A stretch of 64,000 nucleotides of DNA from an uncultured Erysipelotrichaceae bacterium (GTDB lineage: Bacteria > Bacillota_I > Bacilli_A > RF39 > UBA660), in contig CACWUS010000007.1 in NCBI GenBank assembly GCA_902764145.1, positions 6,654 to 70,653 on the forward strand, read 5' to 3'. The translations under genes and the position numbers were made by a program. The notes under the pieces are model-generated. The model had not been told where the DNA came from and did not search any database. It was given only the letters and a program-made list of their open reading frames with translations. This document shows positions 1 to 9,436 of the stretch, piece by piece. The number at the start of each line of letters is the position of its first letter. Position 1 is the first letter of the stretch.

Positions 1-3000
1 TTACTATGACTATGACATCTGCTATAAGTGTTTCAACTTCTGTTAGTAATTTAATGAATGGTACTGCCACATGGAAGTCAGCTTTACCCGCAATTGTAAT
101 AGCAGTAGCTATGATAGCATCAACTATATTGTGGCCATCATTAATGAAAAGATATAATAAGAAGAAAACAGGTAAAAAAGAACAAGAAAGACAACAAAAA
201 TATACAGATTATTTAGCAGAAAAAAGGCAAAAAATAATTAACATTAGAAATAATCAATATCAAGTATTAGTAGAAAATTATCCAACGCCAAATGATTTAA
301 CTAACATAATATTAAATAAGAAAAGAAATTTATGGGAAAGACAAATTCAAAGTGATGATTTTTTAAATGTTAGAATAGGAATTGGAACAATTCCATTAAA
401 AATTAAATTAAGTTATGGTATGGAAGATTTCACTATGATTGAAGATAATCTTAAAGATGAACTTAATAGATTAACTGAAAGTGCTAAAGATATTCCATCA
501 TCTCCTGTTACAATAGATTTAACAGCAAGAAATAAGTTAGTATTAATAGGTGAATCAAAATATAAAGAATCAATGCTTAAAAGTATAATGCTTCAATTAG
601 TAACATATCATGCTTATAATGATTTAAAATTAGTATTTATGATAAGTGATGATAGTAGTGATATATGGGGAGATTTAAAGATTCTTCCACATGCTTGGAG
701 TGATGCTAAAGATATAAGATTTTTTGCTAATAATTATGATGAAATGTCAAAATTATCATTTTATTTAGAACAAGTATTTACAGCTAGAAAATATTCTGAA
801 GATGATGGAAAACAAGTAGAAAATAAAATTAATTTTAGAAATGTTCAACCATATTATTTAATTGTTGTTGATAATATAAAGAAAAATAAAAATATAGAGA
901 TTATAGAAAAAGTATTAAAAGAAAAAAATAACTTAGGATTTGGTTTAATTATATTAAATGATGAAATATCAAATTTACCAAATGAATGTACTGATTTCTT
1001 AACAGCAGATGGTGATAAATCTGCAATTATTACAAATGATTTAAATAAAGATAATCAACAAAAGTTTACAATGGATAATACAGATAATATCAATCTTGGA
1101 TTAATGTGTGAAAAATTATCTAATATACCAATTAAAACTGCTGAAATGTTTAATGAGTTAAAGAATTCTGTTGGTTTTTTAGAAACATATAAAGTAGGTA
1201 AAGTTGAGCAGTTAAATATATTAGATAGATGGGAAAATAATAATCCTGTAAATAGTTTAAGCGTTCCAATTGGAGTAAGGTCTGATGGAGAAGTATTTAA
1301 TTTAGATTTACATGAAAAATTTCATGGTCCACATGGGCTTATTGCTGGTATGACTGGTAGTGGTAAATCTGAATTTATTATTACATATATACTTTCTATG
1401 AGTTTGAATTTTAATCCAGAAGAAGTTTCATTTGTATTAATAGATTATAAAGGTGGAGGTCTTACTGGAGCTTTTGAAAATAAACTAAATGGAATAAGAT
1501 TACCACATTTAGCAGGTACTATTACTAACTTAGATACTGCTGAAATTAAAAGAAGTTTATCATCAATACAAAGTGAACTTAAAAGAAGACAAGAATTATT
1601 TAATAAAGTTAAGTCAGAATTAAATGAAAGTACATTAGATATATATAAATATCAACAGTTATATAGAGAAGGCTTAATAAAAGAACCTATATCACATTTA
1701 TTTATTATATCTGATGAATTTGCTGAACTTAAAAGTCAACAATCAGAATTTATGAATGAGCTTATTTCTACAGCACGTATAGGTCGTTCTCTTGGAGTAC
1801 ACTTAATACTAGCTACACAAAAACCAAGTGGTATAGTAGATGATCAAATATGGTCAAACTCTAAATTTAAAGTTTGTTTAAAAGTTCAAGAAAAAGCTGA
1901 TAGTATGGATGTTATTAAGAGACCAGATGCAGTAACTCTTAAAAAAGCTGGTAGATTTTATTTACAAGTAGGTTACAATGATTATTTTGCAATTGGTCAA
2001 GCAGCTTATGCAGGAACTAAATACATTCCAAAAGATAAAATTACTAAGGTAGTTGATAGGGATATATCATTTATAAATAATATTGGTGATACTATTAGAA
2101 ATGTTGAAACTACTAAGAGAATTGAAAATATTTCTCAAGGTGAAGAACTTCCAAATATATTAAAATATATATATGAAAATGCAAAAGAAAAAAATATGGT
2201 AGCCAAGAAGCTATGGCTTGATAAAATACCAGCTGAAATATTTGTAACAAGTTTAATGAGAAAATATGCATTTATGAGTAGACCTTGGAATATTGAAGCG
2301 GTAGTAGGTGAATATGATGATCCTAATAATCAAAAACAAGAATTATTAACATTAGATTTTAATGATAATGGAAACACTTTAATATATGGTGTAAGTGGTA
2401 AAGAAATATTCCTGTCATCAGTTATATATAGTTTGATTATTAATCACTCTTCTGATGAAATTAATATTTATATAATTGATTTTGGAAGTGAAATGTTTGG
2501 TACATTTGTAAATGCTCCTCAAGTTGGAGATGTAGTATTTATTAATGAAGCAGAAAAACTTACAAATTTATTTAATACAGTAACAAAAGAACTAGAAAGA
2601 CGTAAGAAATTATTCTCTGATTTTAATGGTAGCTATAATTTGTTTATAAAAAATAGTGGTAAAACGTTACCAAGAATAATAATATTTATTAACAATTATG
2701 AGTCATTAAATGAAAATTATGAAAACTATATTGATACTATTTCTTCTCTTACTCGTGAAGGGGAAAAATATGGAATTGATTTTGTAATTACTGCTACTGG
2801 TGTTAATGCTGTAAGAGGAAAAACAGTACAAAACTTTAATAAGCAATTCTGTTTAAGTTTCAATGATCCTAGTGATTATACTTCAGTTCTTGGAAGCACT
2901 AAAGGAATGATTCCTTCAGATATTGAAGGTCGTGGTCTTGTTAAAATAGATAATACTATTTATGAATTTCAAACAGCATATCCATATAAATGGGATGAAA

Positions 3001-3761
3001 TTAATACATTTATTAAAAATATTTGTAATCAACTTAGTGAAAAAGTTAAGAAGAGAGCAGGTAAGATTGCTATACTTCCAGCTCATGTTAGAATGATAGA
3101 CATTACTGGTAACATTAGTGATATTAAGAATACACCAATTGGTATAGAAAAAGATTCACTTGAAACATCTACATTTGATTTTGGTAAAAATCCTATATCA
3201 CTTATATCTGCACAAGATATTACAATGCTTGATAAATTTATTCCATCACTTGGACAGGTATTCCAAAATATGTATAATGTTGAACTTATTATGGTAGATT
3301 CTAATGAAATAATAAAAGATAGTTCTAAATTTAAAAATTATTATTCAACGAATTTTAAAGATGTTCTTACAAAACTAGAAGAAGTGTCTAATAAAGATAA
3401 TAGTAAAACATATATATTTATGATATTTGGAGTAGAAACATTTGTTAATTCATTTGAGGGAGAATCATTAAGAAAACTTAAAACTGCATTTAGTAATGTT
3501 AAGAATTTCAAAAATGTTAGAATTATATTTGCGGATGCTGTTACTAAGATTAAGATGTTTGAGTATGAGGATTTCTATAGGAATTGCGTACAATCTATAT
3601 ATGCTATATGGGTTGGTTCTGGTATAACTGATCAATTTACTATTAAGTCTTCAACTTATAATAAAGTAACAAGAAGTCAAATTCCTAATGATTTTGGATA
3701 TAATGTTGATAGAGGAAATGCTATTCAAATTAAACTACTAGATTTTTATACGGAGGAATAA
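1..3761 (+). CDS. essC: Type VIIb secretion FtsK/SpoIIIE-family ATPase EssC/YukB, 5'-truncated by the window edge
   Basis: ORF 6..3761, but the frame stays open back to the window start and the FHA/N-terminal part of EssC is absent. TM helix ALPAIVIAVAMIASTILWPSL is followed by repeated FtsK-like P-loop domains: Walker A GMTGSGKSE, Walker B IISDEFAEL, LILATQKPSG. Confidence 0.85.
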   Translation, partial: TMTMTSAISVSTSVSNLMNGTATWKSALPAIVIAVAMIASTILWPSLMKRYNKKKTGKKEQERQQKYTDYLAEKRQKIINIRNNQYQVLVENYPTPNDLTNIILNKKRNLWERQIQSDDFLNVRIGIGTIPLKIKLSYGMEDFTMIEDNLKDELNRLTESAKDIPSSPVTIDLTARNKLVLIGESKYKESMLKSIMLQLVTYHAYNDLKLVFMISDDSSDIWGDLKILPHAWSDAKDIRFFANNYDEMSKLSFYLEQVFTARKYSEDDGKQVENKINFRNVQPYYLIVVDNIKKNKNIEIIEKVLKEKNNLGFGLIILNDEISNLPNECTDFLTADGDKSAIITNDLNKDNQQKFTMDNTDNINLGLMCEKLSNIPIKTAEMFNELKNSVGFLETYKVGKVEQLNILDRWENNNPVNSLSVPIGVRSDGEVFNLDLHEKFHGPHGLIAGMTGSGKSEFIITYILSMSLNFNPEEVSFVLIDYKGGGLTGAFENKLNGIRLPHLAGTITNLDTAEIKRSLSSIQSELKRRQELFNKVKSELNESTLDIYKYQQLYREGLIKEPISHLFIISDEFAELKSQQSEFMNELISTARIGRSLGVHLILATQKPSGIVDDQIWSNSKFKVCLKVQEKADSMDVIKRPDAVTLKKAGRFYLQVGYNDYFAIGQAAYAGTKYIPKDKITKVVDRDISFINNIGDTIRNVETTKRIENISQGEELPNILKYIYENAKEKNMVAKKLWLDKIPAEIFVTSLMRKYAFMSRPWNIEAVVGEYDDPNNQKQELLTLDFNDNGNTLIYGVSGKEIFLSSVIYSLIINHSSDEINIYIIDFGSEMFGTFVNAPQVGDVVFINEAEKLTNLFNTVTKELERRKKLFSDFNGSYNLFIKNSGKTLPRIIIFINNYESLNENYENYIDTISSLTREGEKYGIDFVITATGVNAVRGKTVQNFNKQFCLSFNDPSDYTSVLGSTKGMIPSDIEGRGLVKIDNTIYEFQTAYPYKWDEINTFIKNICNQLSEKVKKRAGKIAILPAHVRMIDITGNISDIKNTPIGIEKDSLETSTFDFGKNPISLISAQDITMLDKFIPSLGQVFQNMYNVELIMVDSNEIIKDSSKFKNYYSTNFKDVLTKLEEVSNKDNSKTYIFMIFGVETFVNSFEGESLRKLKTAFSNVKNFKNVRIIFADAVTKIKMFEYEDFYRNCVQSIYAIWVGSGITDQFTIKSSTYNKVTRSQIPNDFGYNVDRGNAIQIKLLDFYTEE

Positions 3762-3764
3762 GTT

Positions 3765-4019
3765 ATGGATGATTTTAGAGTATTTGTTATAATTGAAATG
3801 CCTATTTTAGATAGAAAATATGAATTATTTATTCCTATTGATAGGAGAATTCATGATATTATTAGAGTATTAAAAAATACCATACCTGATTTATCAAATG
3901 ATTATTATGAAAATAATGAACCAAATATTTATAGTAAATCATCTGGTGAAATATATGATATGAATTTGATAATAAAGAATAGCAACATCAAAATGGGAAC
4001 AAGATTAATATTATTATAG
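3765..4019 (+). CDS. YukD/EsaB-like small ubiquitin-fold T7SS accessory protein (tentative)
   Basis: 84 aa, starting 4 nt after the essC stop behind a GGAGG RBS. Size, position and the C-terminal ...MGTRLILL resemble YukD/EsaB. Assigned by eye only. Confidence 0.5.
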   Translation: MDDFRVFVIIEMPILDRKYELFIPIDRRIHDIIRVLKNTIPDLSNDYYENNEPNIYSKSSGEIYDMNLIIKNSNIKMGTRLILL

Positions 4020-4042
4020 GATGCAAAAAGCATCCTATTTTA
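4019..4042 (+). terminator. Intrinsic terminator after the T7SS genes
   Basis: GGATGC-aaaaa-GCATCC stem-loop followed by TATTTT, overlapping the stop codon. Confidence 0.7.
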
Positions 4043-4055
4043 ATTAAAAAATCAT

Positions 4056-4084
4056 TTGACAAACATAACTTATTATTGTATACT
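4056..4084 (+). promoter_or_regulatory. Sigma-A type promoter of the T-box/valS operon
   Basis: TTGACA, 17 nt spacer, TATACT. Confidence 0.55.
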
Positions 4085-4090
4085 TTAACA

Positions 4091-4310
4091 TGTAAAAACA
4101 AGGACCAAGAGGAGTAGTTTGAGTAATTTATTAGAGATGAAAAGTCACCGGCTGAAAGCTTTTCTTAATTTTAATCAAATGAATGTAGCTTGTGAGTTTA
4201 ATATCTGAAGTAGTAGTAAGATATTACGTATATATGCGTTAAATAAATAAAGATAATTAAAGGATGGTACCGTGCATATGCACTCCTTGTGCCATTCTTT
4301 TCTTTTGGAG
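4091..4310 (+). promoter_or_regulatory. T-box leader (tRNA-sensing transcription attenuator), probable valine specifier
   Basis: Stem I: AGUA (4113-4116), helix GUUUGA...UCAAAU, GAA (4181-4183), AGAGA bulge (4133-4137). T-box core AATTAAAGGATGGTACCGTG (4255-4274). Terminator helix GGATGGTAC (4262-4270) pairs with GTGCCATTC (4289-4297), followed by TTTTCTTTT. GUA (4185-4187) lies in the specifier loop, and valS is downstream. Confidence 0.8.
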
Positions 4311-4316
4311 GAAAAA

Positions 4317-5048
4317 ATGAATGAAAATCATGATGCTTTTGATGAATATGTTTTAAAATTTGATATGAATGAGAGAATGATAGCATACAAATATAATCAT
4401 TCTTATAGAGTCGTCCACCAAGCTGAAGAAATATGTAGAAGTCTTGAACTTGATACATATGAAAGGGATATAGCATCATTAATTGCACTTTTGCATGATA
4501 TAGCAAGATTTAGACAATGGAAAGACTTTAAAACTTTTAATGATAGTGAATCTTTTGATCATGGTGATGAGGGTGTAAAAATATTATTTGATGAAGGTGA
4601 AATTAATAATTATCAAGTAGATAAGAAAGAATATGATGTGGTCAAAAAAGCAATTAAAAATCACAATAAATTTAAACTTGATACTAAAAATATGAATGAA
4701 AGAGAAAAAATGCATTCAATGATAATTAGAGATGCAGATAAAATAGATATTATTTATTCATTTTCAACAAATAGGTTATTAGAACTTGAAGAAAACGATG
4801 AAGAAATAAGTGAAAAAGTAAAAGAAGAGTTTTTTAATCATTCTGATGTATTAAAAACAGATATTAAAAATAAAAATGATAAAATTATTATGTTAATTGG
4901 CTTAATATTTGATTTAAATTATGACTATAGTAAAGAAAGAATATTAAACGAAAAATATTTAAATAATATGTATGACAATTTAAAAAACAAGAAGAGATTT
5001 AAACCATATATTGATGAAGCAATTAAATATTTGAAAGGAGAAAAATAA
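4317..5048 (+). CDS. HD-domain metal-dependent phosphohydrolase
   Basis: ORF 4272..5048 trimmed to Met16. That ATG sits behind GGAGG, and upstream codons would lie inside the T-box terminator. Motifs: HSYRV...LLHDIARF...RDADKIDI (H..HD..D). Confidence 0.8.
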   Translation: MNENHDAFDEYVLKFDMNERMIAYKYNHSYRVVHQAEEICRSLELDTYERDIASLIALLHDIARFRQWKDFKTFNDSESFDHGDEGVKILFDEGEINNYQVDKKEYDVVKKAIKNHNKFKLDTKNMNEREKMHSMIIRDADKIDIIYSFSTNRLLELEENDEEISEKVKEEFFNHSDVLKTDIKNKNDKIIMLIGLIFDLNYDYSKERILNEKYLNNMYDNLKNKKRFKPYIDEAIKYLKGEK

Positions 5049-5049
5049 T

Positions 5050-7581
5050 ATGTTAGATATTAAATATGACCATAAAAAAGTAGAAGAAGGTAAATATAAT
5101 AAATGGTTAAAGAAAGAATATTTTAAATGTGATGAAAAGTCTAAAAAAGAACCATTTTGTATAGTTTTACCACCTCCAAATGTTACTGGAGTATTACATT
5201 TAGGACATGCTTGGGATGTTGCTATACAAGATATAATTATTCGTTATAAAAAGATGGATGGATATGATACTTTATGGTTACCAGGTATGGATCACGCAGC
5301 TATTGCAACAGAAGCAAAAGTTGTTAAAAGATTGAAAGATAAAGGAATTGATAAATACGAATATGGACGTGAAAAGTTTTTAGAAGCTTGTTGGGATTGG
5401 ACGCATGAACATGGAGATATTATTCGTGAACAATGGGCTAAACTTGGAGTAAGTTTAGATTATACGAAAGAAAGATTCACTTTAGATGATGGACTTAGTG
5501 AAGCAGTAAGAAAAGTATTTGTAGATTTTTATAATGAAGGATTAATTTACAGAGGAGAAAAAATAATTAACTGGGATCCAGTTGCTAAAACTGCTTTATC
5601 TAATGAAGAAGTTATTTATGGTGAAGAAAAGAGTGCTTTTTATCATATTAAATATGTTTTAGAAGGCGATGATAGTAAATATATTGATGTAGCAACAACA
5701 AGACCTGAAACATTATTTGGTGATACAGCAGTAGCAGTAAATGAAAAAGACCCAAGATATAAAGATTTTGTTGGTAAAAATGTTATTCTTCCACTAGTTA
5801 ACAAGCCAATTCCAGTTATAACAGATGAACATGCTGATATGGAAAAAGGAACAGGAGCGGTTAAAATTACACCTGCTCATGATCCAAATGACTTTGAAGT
5901 AGGAATTAGACATAATTTAGAGAGAATAGTAATTATGAATGATGACGCTACAATGAATGAAAATGCTCCTGGTTATGTAGGATTATCACGTGAAGAATGT
6001 AGAGATAAAGTTTTAGAAGATTTAGAAAAGTTAGGACTACTAATTAAAGTTGAACCATTAGTACATGAAGTTGGTCATAGTGAAAGAACTGGTGTTATGG
6101 TAGAACCTATGATTAAGAAACAATGGTTTGTTAAAATGAGACCACTTGCTGATCATGTACTTGAAACTCAAAAGAAAAAAGATGAAAAAGTTAATTTTGT
6201 ACCTACTAGATATGAAAAAACAATGAATCACTGGATGGAAATAACATATGATTGGTGTATTTCAAGACAATTATGGTGGGGACATAGAATACCTGCTTGG
6301 TATAAAGATGATGAGGTTTATGTTGGAATGGAAGCACCAAAAGGTGAAGGATGGGTACAAGATAATGATGTTCTTGATACTTGGTTTAGTAGTGCTCTTT
6401 GGCCATTTGCAACTTTAGGTTGGCCACAAAGTGATACATTAGTTAATAGATATTATCCAAATGATGTATTAGTAACTGGATATGATATTATTCCATTCTG
6501 GGTAAATAGAATGACTTTTCAAGGTGAAAAATTACTTGGTAAAAGACCATTTAGAGATTGCTTAATTCATGGACTTATTCGTGATAAAGAGGGAAGAAAG
6601 TTTAGTAAATCTTTAGGTAATGGAATAGATCCATTTGATATGGTAGAATTATATGGATCAGACGCACTTAGATATTATTTATCTACTGATGTAGCACCTG
6701 GAACTGATATGAGATTTGATGAAGAAAAAATTAAATCAACATGGAATTTTATTAATAAAATATGGAATGCATCTAGATTTGTACTTACAAATATTGAAGA
6801 TTTAAAAGAAATAAAATTAGAAAATTTAAAACCAGAAGATAAATGGATATTATCAAAATATGAGCATACAATTCATGGAGTAAGAAAATTCATGGAAAAA
6901 TATGAATTTAATAATGCAGGATCAGTATTATATGAATTTATATGGAATTATTTTTGTGATAATTATATTGAAATGACTAAATTTTCATTAGAAAGTGAAA
7001 GTACAAAATCTACATTATGTTTTATACTTACAGGTATTCTTAAAATGCTTCAACCATTTATGCCATATGTAACAGATGAAATATATTCTAAATTACCAAT
7101 TAAAGATGCTGAAGATATTATGATATCTGAATATCCTAAATATGATAAAAAATTAATATTTAAGATAGAAGAAGAAAAAGTAGATGATATGGTTGAATTC
7201 ATTAAAAGATTTAGAAATATTAAAGCAGAGAATAATATAACAAAAGATGCTAAAGTAATGTTTGAATCAGATGAAAACAATGACTTAATTATAAAGATGT
7301 TAAAATTAAAAGATAATCTTATTAAAGAATCATTGAATATTAAAGCATACAAAGTTTTCTCAAGTGGAGTAAAAGCAACTATATTCTTTGAAAAAATAGA
7401 AACTGAAGCTGATAAAGTACTTAAAGAATCACAAATAAAAATGCTTAAAGAATCTATTGCTAGACGTGAAAAACTTCTTTCTAATGATAATTATGTAAAT
7501 AAAGCACCTGAGAAAATTGTTCAAATGGATAGACAAAAATTAGAAGAAGAAAAAAGAAAATTAGAAGAATTATTAAAGTAG
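5050..7581 (+). CDS. valS: Valine--tRNA ligase
   Basis: 843 aa class I aaRS. HIGH motif (NVTGVLHLGHAW), KMSKS motif (KFSKSLGN), C-terminal coiled coil. Starts 1 nt after the HD gene stop. Confidence 0.97.
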   Translation: MLDIKYDHKKVEEGKYNKWLKKEYFKCDEKSKKEPFCIVLPPPNVTGVLHLGHAWDVAIQDIIIRYKKMDGYDTLWLPGMDHAAIATEAKVVKRLKDKGIDKYEYGREKFLEACWDWTHEHGDIIREQWAKLGVSLDYTKERFTLDDGLSEAVRKVFVDFYNEGLIYRGEKIINWDPVAKTALSNEEVIYGEEKSAFYHIKYVLEGDDSKYIDVATTRPETLFGDTAVAVNEKDPRYKDFVGKNVILPLVNKPIPVITDEHADMEKGTGAVKITPAHDPNDFEVGIRHNLERIVIMNDDATMNENAPGYVGLSREECRDKVLEDLEKLGLLIKVEPLVHEVGHSERTGVMVEPMIKKQWFVKMRPLADHVLETQKKKDEKVNFVPTRYEKTMNHWMEITYDWCISRQLWWGHRIPAWYKDDEVYVGMEAPKGEGWVQDNDVLDTWFSSALWPFATLGWPQSDTLVNRYYPNDVLVTGYDIIPFWVNRMTFQGEKLLGKRPFRDCLIHGLIRDKEGRKFSKSLGNGIDPFDMVELYGSDALRYYLSTDVAPGTDMRFDEEKIKSTWNFINKIWNASRFVLTNIEDLKEIKLENLKPEDKWILSKYEHTIHGVRKFMEKYEFNNAGSVLYEFIWNYFCDNYIEMTKFSLESESTKSTLCFILTGILKMLQPFMPYVTDEIYSKLPIKDAEDIMISEYPKYDKKLIFKIEEEKVDDMVEFIKRFRNIKAENNITKDAKVMFESDENNDLIIKMLKLKDNLIKESLNIKAYKVFSSGVKATIFFEKIETEADKVLKESQIKMLKESIARREKLLSNDNYVNKAPEKIVQMDRQKLEEEKRKLEELLK

Positions 7582-7604
7582 ATTAAAAATCTACTTTTAA
7601 TTTT
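7578..7604 (+). terminator. Intrinsic terminator after valS
   Basis: GTAGATT-aaa-AATCTAC followed by TTTTAATTTT, overlapping the stop codon. Confidence 0.6.
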
Positions 7605-7648
7605 ATTAAAATATGGTATAATTTTTATAGAATAAAGGGTTGATAAAT

Positions 7649-9409
7649 ATGTTTGGGAAAATTATTTCAGTATATGAAAATACAATAATAATAGAAAATC
7701 TAATTAAGAGAGTAGAAACTTCATTTCTAGGAGTTCATATTGTTTTTGAAGATAAATATAAAATACTAGCAGAAATTACAAAAATTACTCCTGAAACAAT
7801 TGAATGTATTTTAGTTGGAGAATTTGATAATGGTAAATTTTATAGTGGAATGACTCATAAGCCTAGTGCTAATTCAATTATAAGAATTGTAAATAAAGAT
7901 GAAGTAATTAATTTGTTAGGAAATCAAGAGATTGATTCTGATAAATCCCTTTATTTAGGAAAAAGCTTAATCTATGATGGATTTAATGTTTCTGTTGATA
8001 TAAATAATTTCTTTTCAAATCATTTTGCTATTTTAGGAAATAGTGGTGCTGGAAAGAGTTGTACAGTAGCTAGAATAATTCAAAATTTATTTTATAGACA
8101 AAAATATGTTCCCGAGAATGCTAGAATTGTCTTATTTGATGTTTATGGAGAATATCGTAATGCTTTTGATACAATTAATAAAACAGATAAATGTAGATAT
8201 AGAACTTTAACAACAGATGTTACATCAGAATATGATATTGTTAAAATACCACCATATTTTTTAGAAGCTGATGATATTGCATTATTATTAAATGTAGAAA
8301 GTCCTACACAAATACCTATAATTGAAAAAGCATTAAGGTATGTATACTTATTTACAGAGGAAGAAGATAAAGTTCTTGCATATAAAAATAATATAATTGC
8401 AAAAGCATTATTGGATGTTTTAACAAGTGGAAAAGAACCAGCTAGAATTAGAGATCAAATAGTAGCTGTATTAAGTACATTTCATACAAAAGATATTAAT
8501 TTAGAAAGTGAAATAGTACAACCAGGTTATGTAAGAACACTTAGACAATGTTTAAATGTTGATCAAAGTGGAAAAATTAATACAATACAATTAGTAATAG
8601 AATTTATTGAAACATTTATCAATGAAGATTTAAAATTAAATAAAAGTATGAAACCTAAAAAATATACTTTAAAGGACTTATATGATGCTTTTGAATTTGC
8701 ATTGATTAGTGAAGGTGTATTAAAAAGTGATAAGGTATATGATGTAAATAATATTTTAAAGGTTAGGTTAGATTCAATTATAAATGGTAATTATTTAAGA
8801 TATTTTGAAGTTAATGATTATATCACTATGGATGAATACATGAAAATGTTGTTCACAAGTAAAGATGGAAAAAAGGTTCAATTACTAAATTTTAACTTAA
8901 ATTATGTAGATGAAAGATTTGCTAAAATATTAACAAAAATATTTTCTAAAATGTTTTTAAACTATGCAATTAGTTTGGATAAAAAAGAAAATTATTCATT
9001 ACAAATAATTTTAGAAGAAGCACATAGATATGTTCAAAATGATAGTGATATAGATGTTTTAGGATATAATATTTTTGATAGAATTACTAAGGAAGGTAGA
9101 AAATATGGAGTTGTTCTTGGAATGGTTACTCAAAGGCCAAGTGAACTTTCTAATACTGCACTTAGTCAATGTTCTAATTATATAGTTCTTAGAATGTTCC
9201 ATCCAGATGATATTAGTATTGTTAAAGATATAACACATAGTATTTCTGAGCAAGATGTAGAAAAAATAAAATCACTTGGTTCTGGAAGCGCATTGTGCTT
9301 TGGTACAGCATTTAACATTCCATTATTTACTAGAATAGATCCGCCAAATCCATATCCAAACTCAGCAAATGCTGAAGTAGGTAATAGTTGGTTTTATAGT
9401 AATCAATAA
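7649..9409 (+). CDS. HerA-like (DUF87) P-loop ATPase
   Basis: ORF 7640..9409 trimmed to Met4 (ATG behind AAGGG). N-terminal barrel-like region, Walker A ILGNSGAGKSCT, Walker B IILEEAHRYV, GMVTQRPSEL. A TGgTATAAT extended -10 lies about 30 nt upstream. Confidence 0.75.
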   Translation: MFGKIISVYENTIIIENLIKRVETSFLGVHIVFEDKYKILAEITKITPETIECILVGEFDNGKFYSGMTHKPSANSIIRIVNKDEVINLLGNQEIDSDKSLYLGKSLIYDGFNVSVDINNFFSNHFAILGNSGAGKSCTVARIIQNLFYRQKYVPENARIVLFDVYGEYRNAFDTINKTDKCRYRTLTTDVTSEYDIVKIPPYFLEADDIALLLNVESPTQIPIIEKALRYVYLFTEEEDKVLAYKNNIIAKALLDVLTSGKEPARIRDQIVAVLSTFHTKDINLESEIVQPGYVRTLRQCLNVDQSGKINTIQLVIEFIETFINEDLKLNKSMKPKKYTLKDLYDAFEFALISEGVLKSDKVYDVNNILKVRLDSIINGNYLRYFEVNDYITMDEYMKMLFTSKDGKKVQLLNFNLNYVDERFAKILTKIFSKMFLNYAISLDKKENYSLQIILEEAHRYVQNDSDIDVLGYNIFDRITKEGRKYGVVLGMVTQRPSELSNTALSQCSNYIVLRMFHPDDISIVKDITHSISEQDVEKIKSLGSGSALCFGTAFNIPLFTRIDPPNPYPNSANAEVGNSWFYSNQ

Positions 9410-9436
9410 AAAATACTACTTATTAGTAGTATTTTT
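9410..9436. terminator. Bidirectional terminator between convergent genes
   Basis: AAAATACTACT-tatt-AGTAGTATTTT, with an A-run on one side and a T-run on the other. Confidence 0.65.

Noticed and set aside
4184-4186. Reading the T-box specifier as UGU (Cys) because it directly follows the GAA of the S-turn and is followed by A.
   Set aside because: The downstream synthetase is valS. GUA followed by a purine sits immediately against the closing helix, which is the usual specifier position. I kept this as a caveat in the finding rather than as the call.
4272-4316. N-terminal extension of the HD gene (MHMHSLCHSFLLEEK...) as given in the ORF track.
   Set aside because: These codons sit inside the T-box terminator helix and its T-run. 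The internal ATG at 4317 has a GGAGG RBS. Similar extensions were trimmed for ssb, rpsO, pnp, ppdK, GNAT, XRE, ParB and the element ssb.
4198-4506. 102-aa minus-strand ORF spanning the T-box leader and the start of the HD gene.
   Set aside because: It lies antisense to a well-supported riboswitch and CDS, has odd composition (His/Tyr/Phe-rich AT-codon shadow), and has no RBS. I treat it as a spurious shadow ORF.
7050-7352. Antisense or alternative-frame ORFs inside conserved genes. They lie in valS (7050-7352), der (19131-19319, 19362-19643), fusA (21697-21888, 23105-23362), tuf (23991-24188, 24266-24538, 24697-24918), pnp (37126-37341, 37499-37723) and other genes.
   Set aside because: Each is fully contained in a strongly supported CDS on the other strand or frame. 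They are short and low-complexity, with no RBS, as expected by chance in AT-rich DNA.
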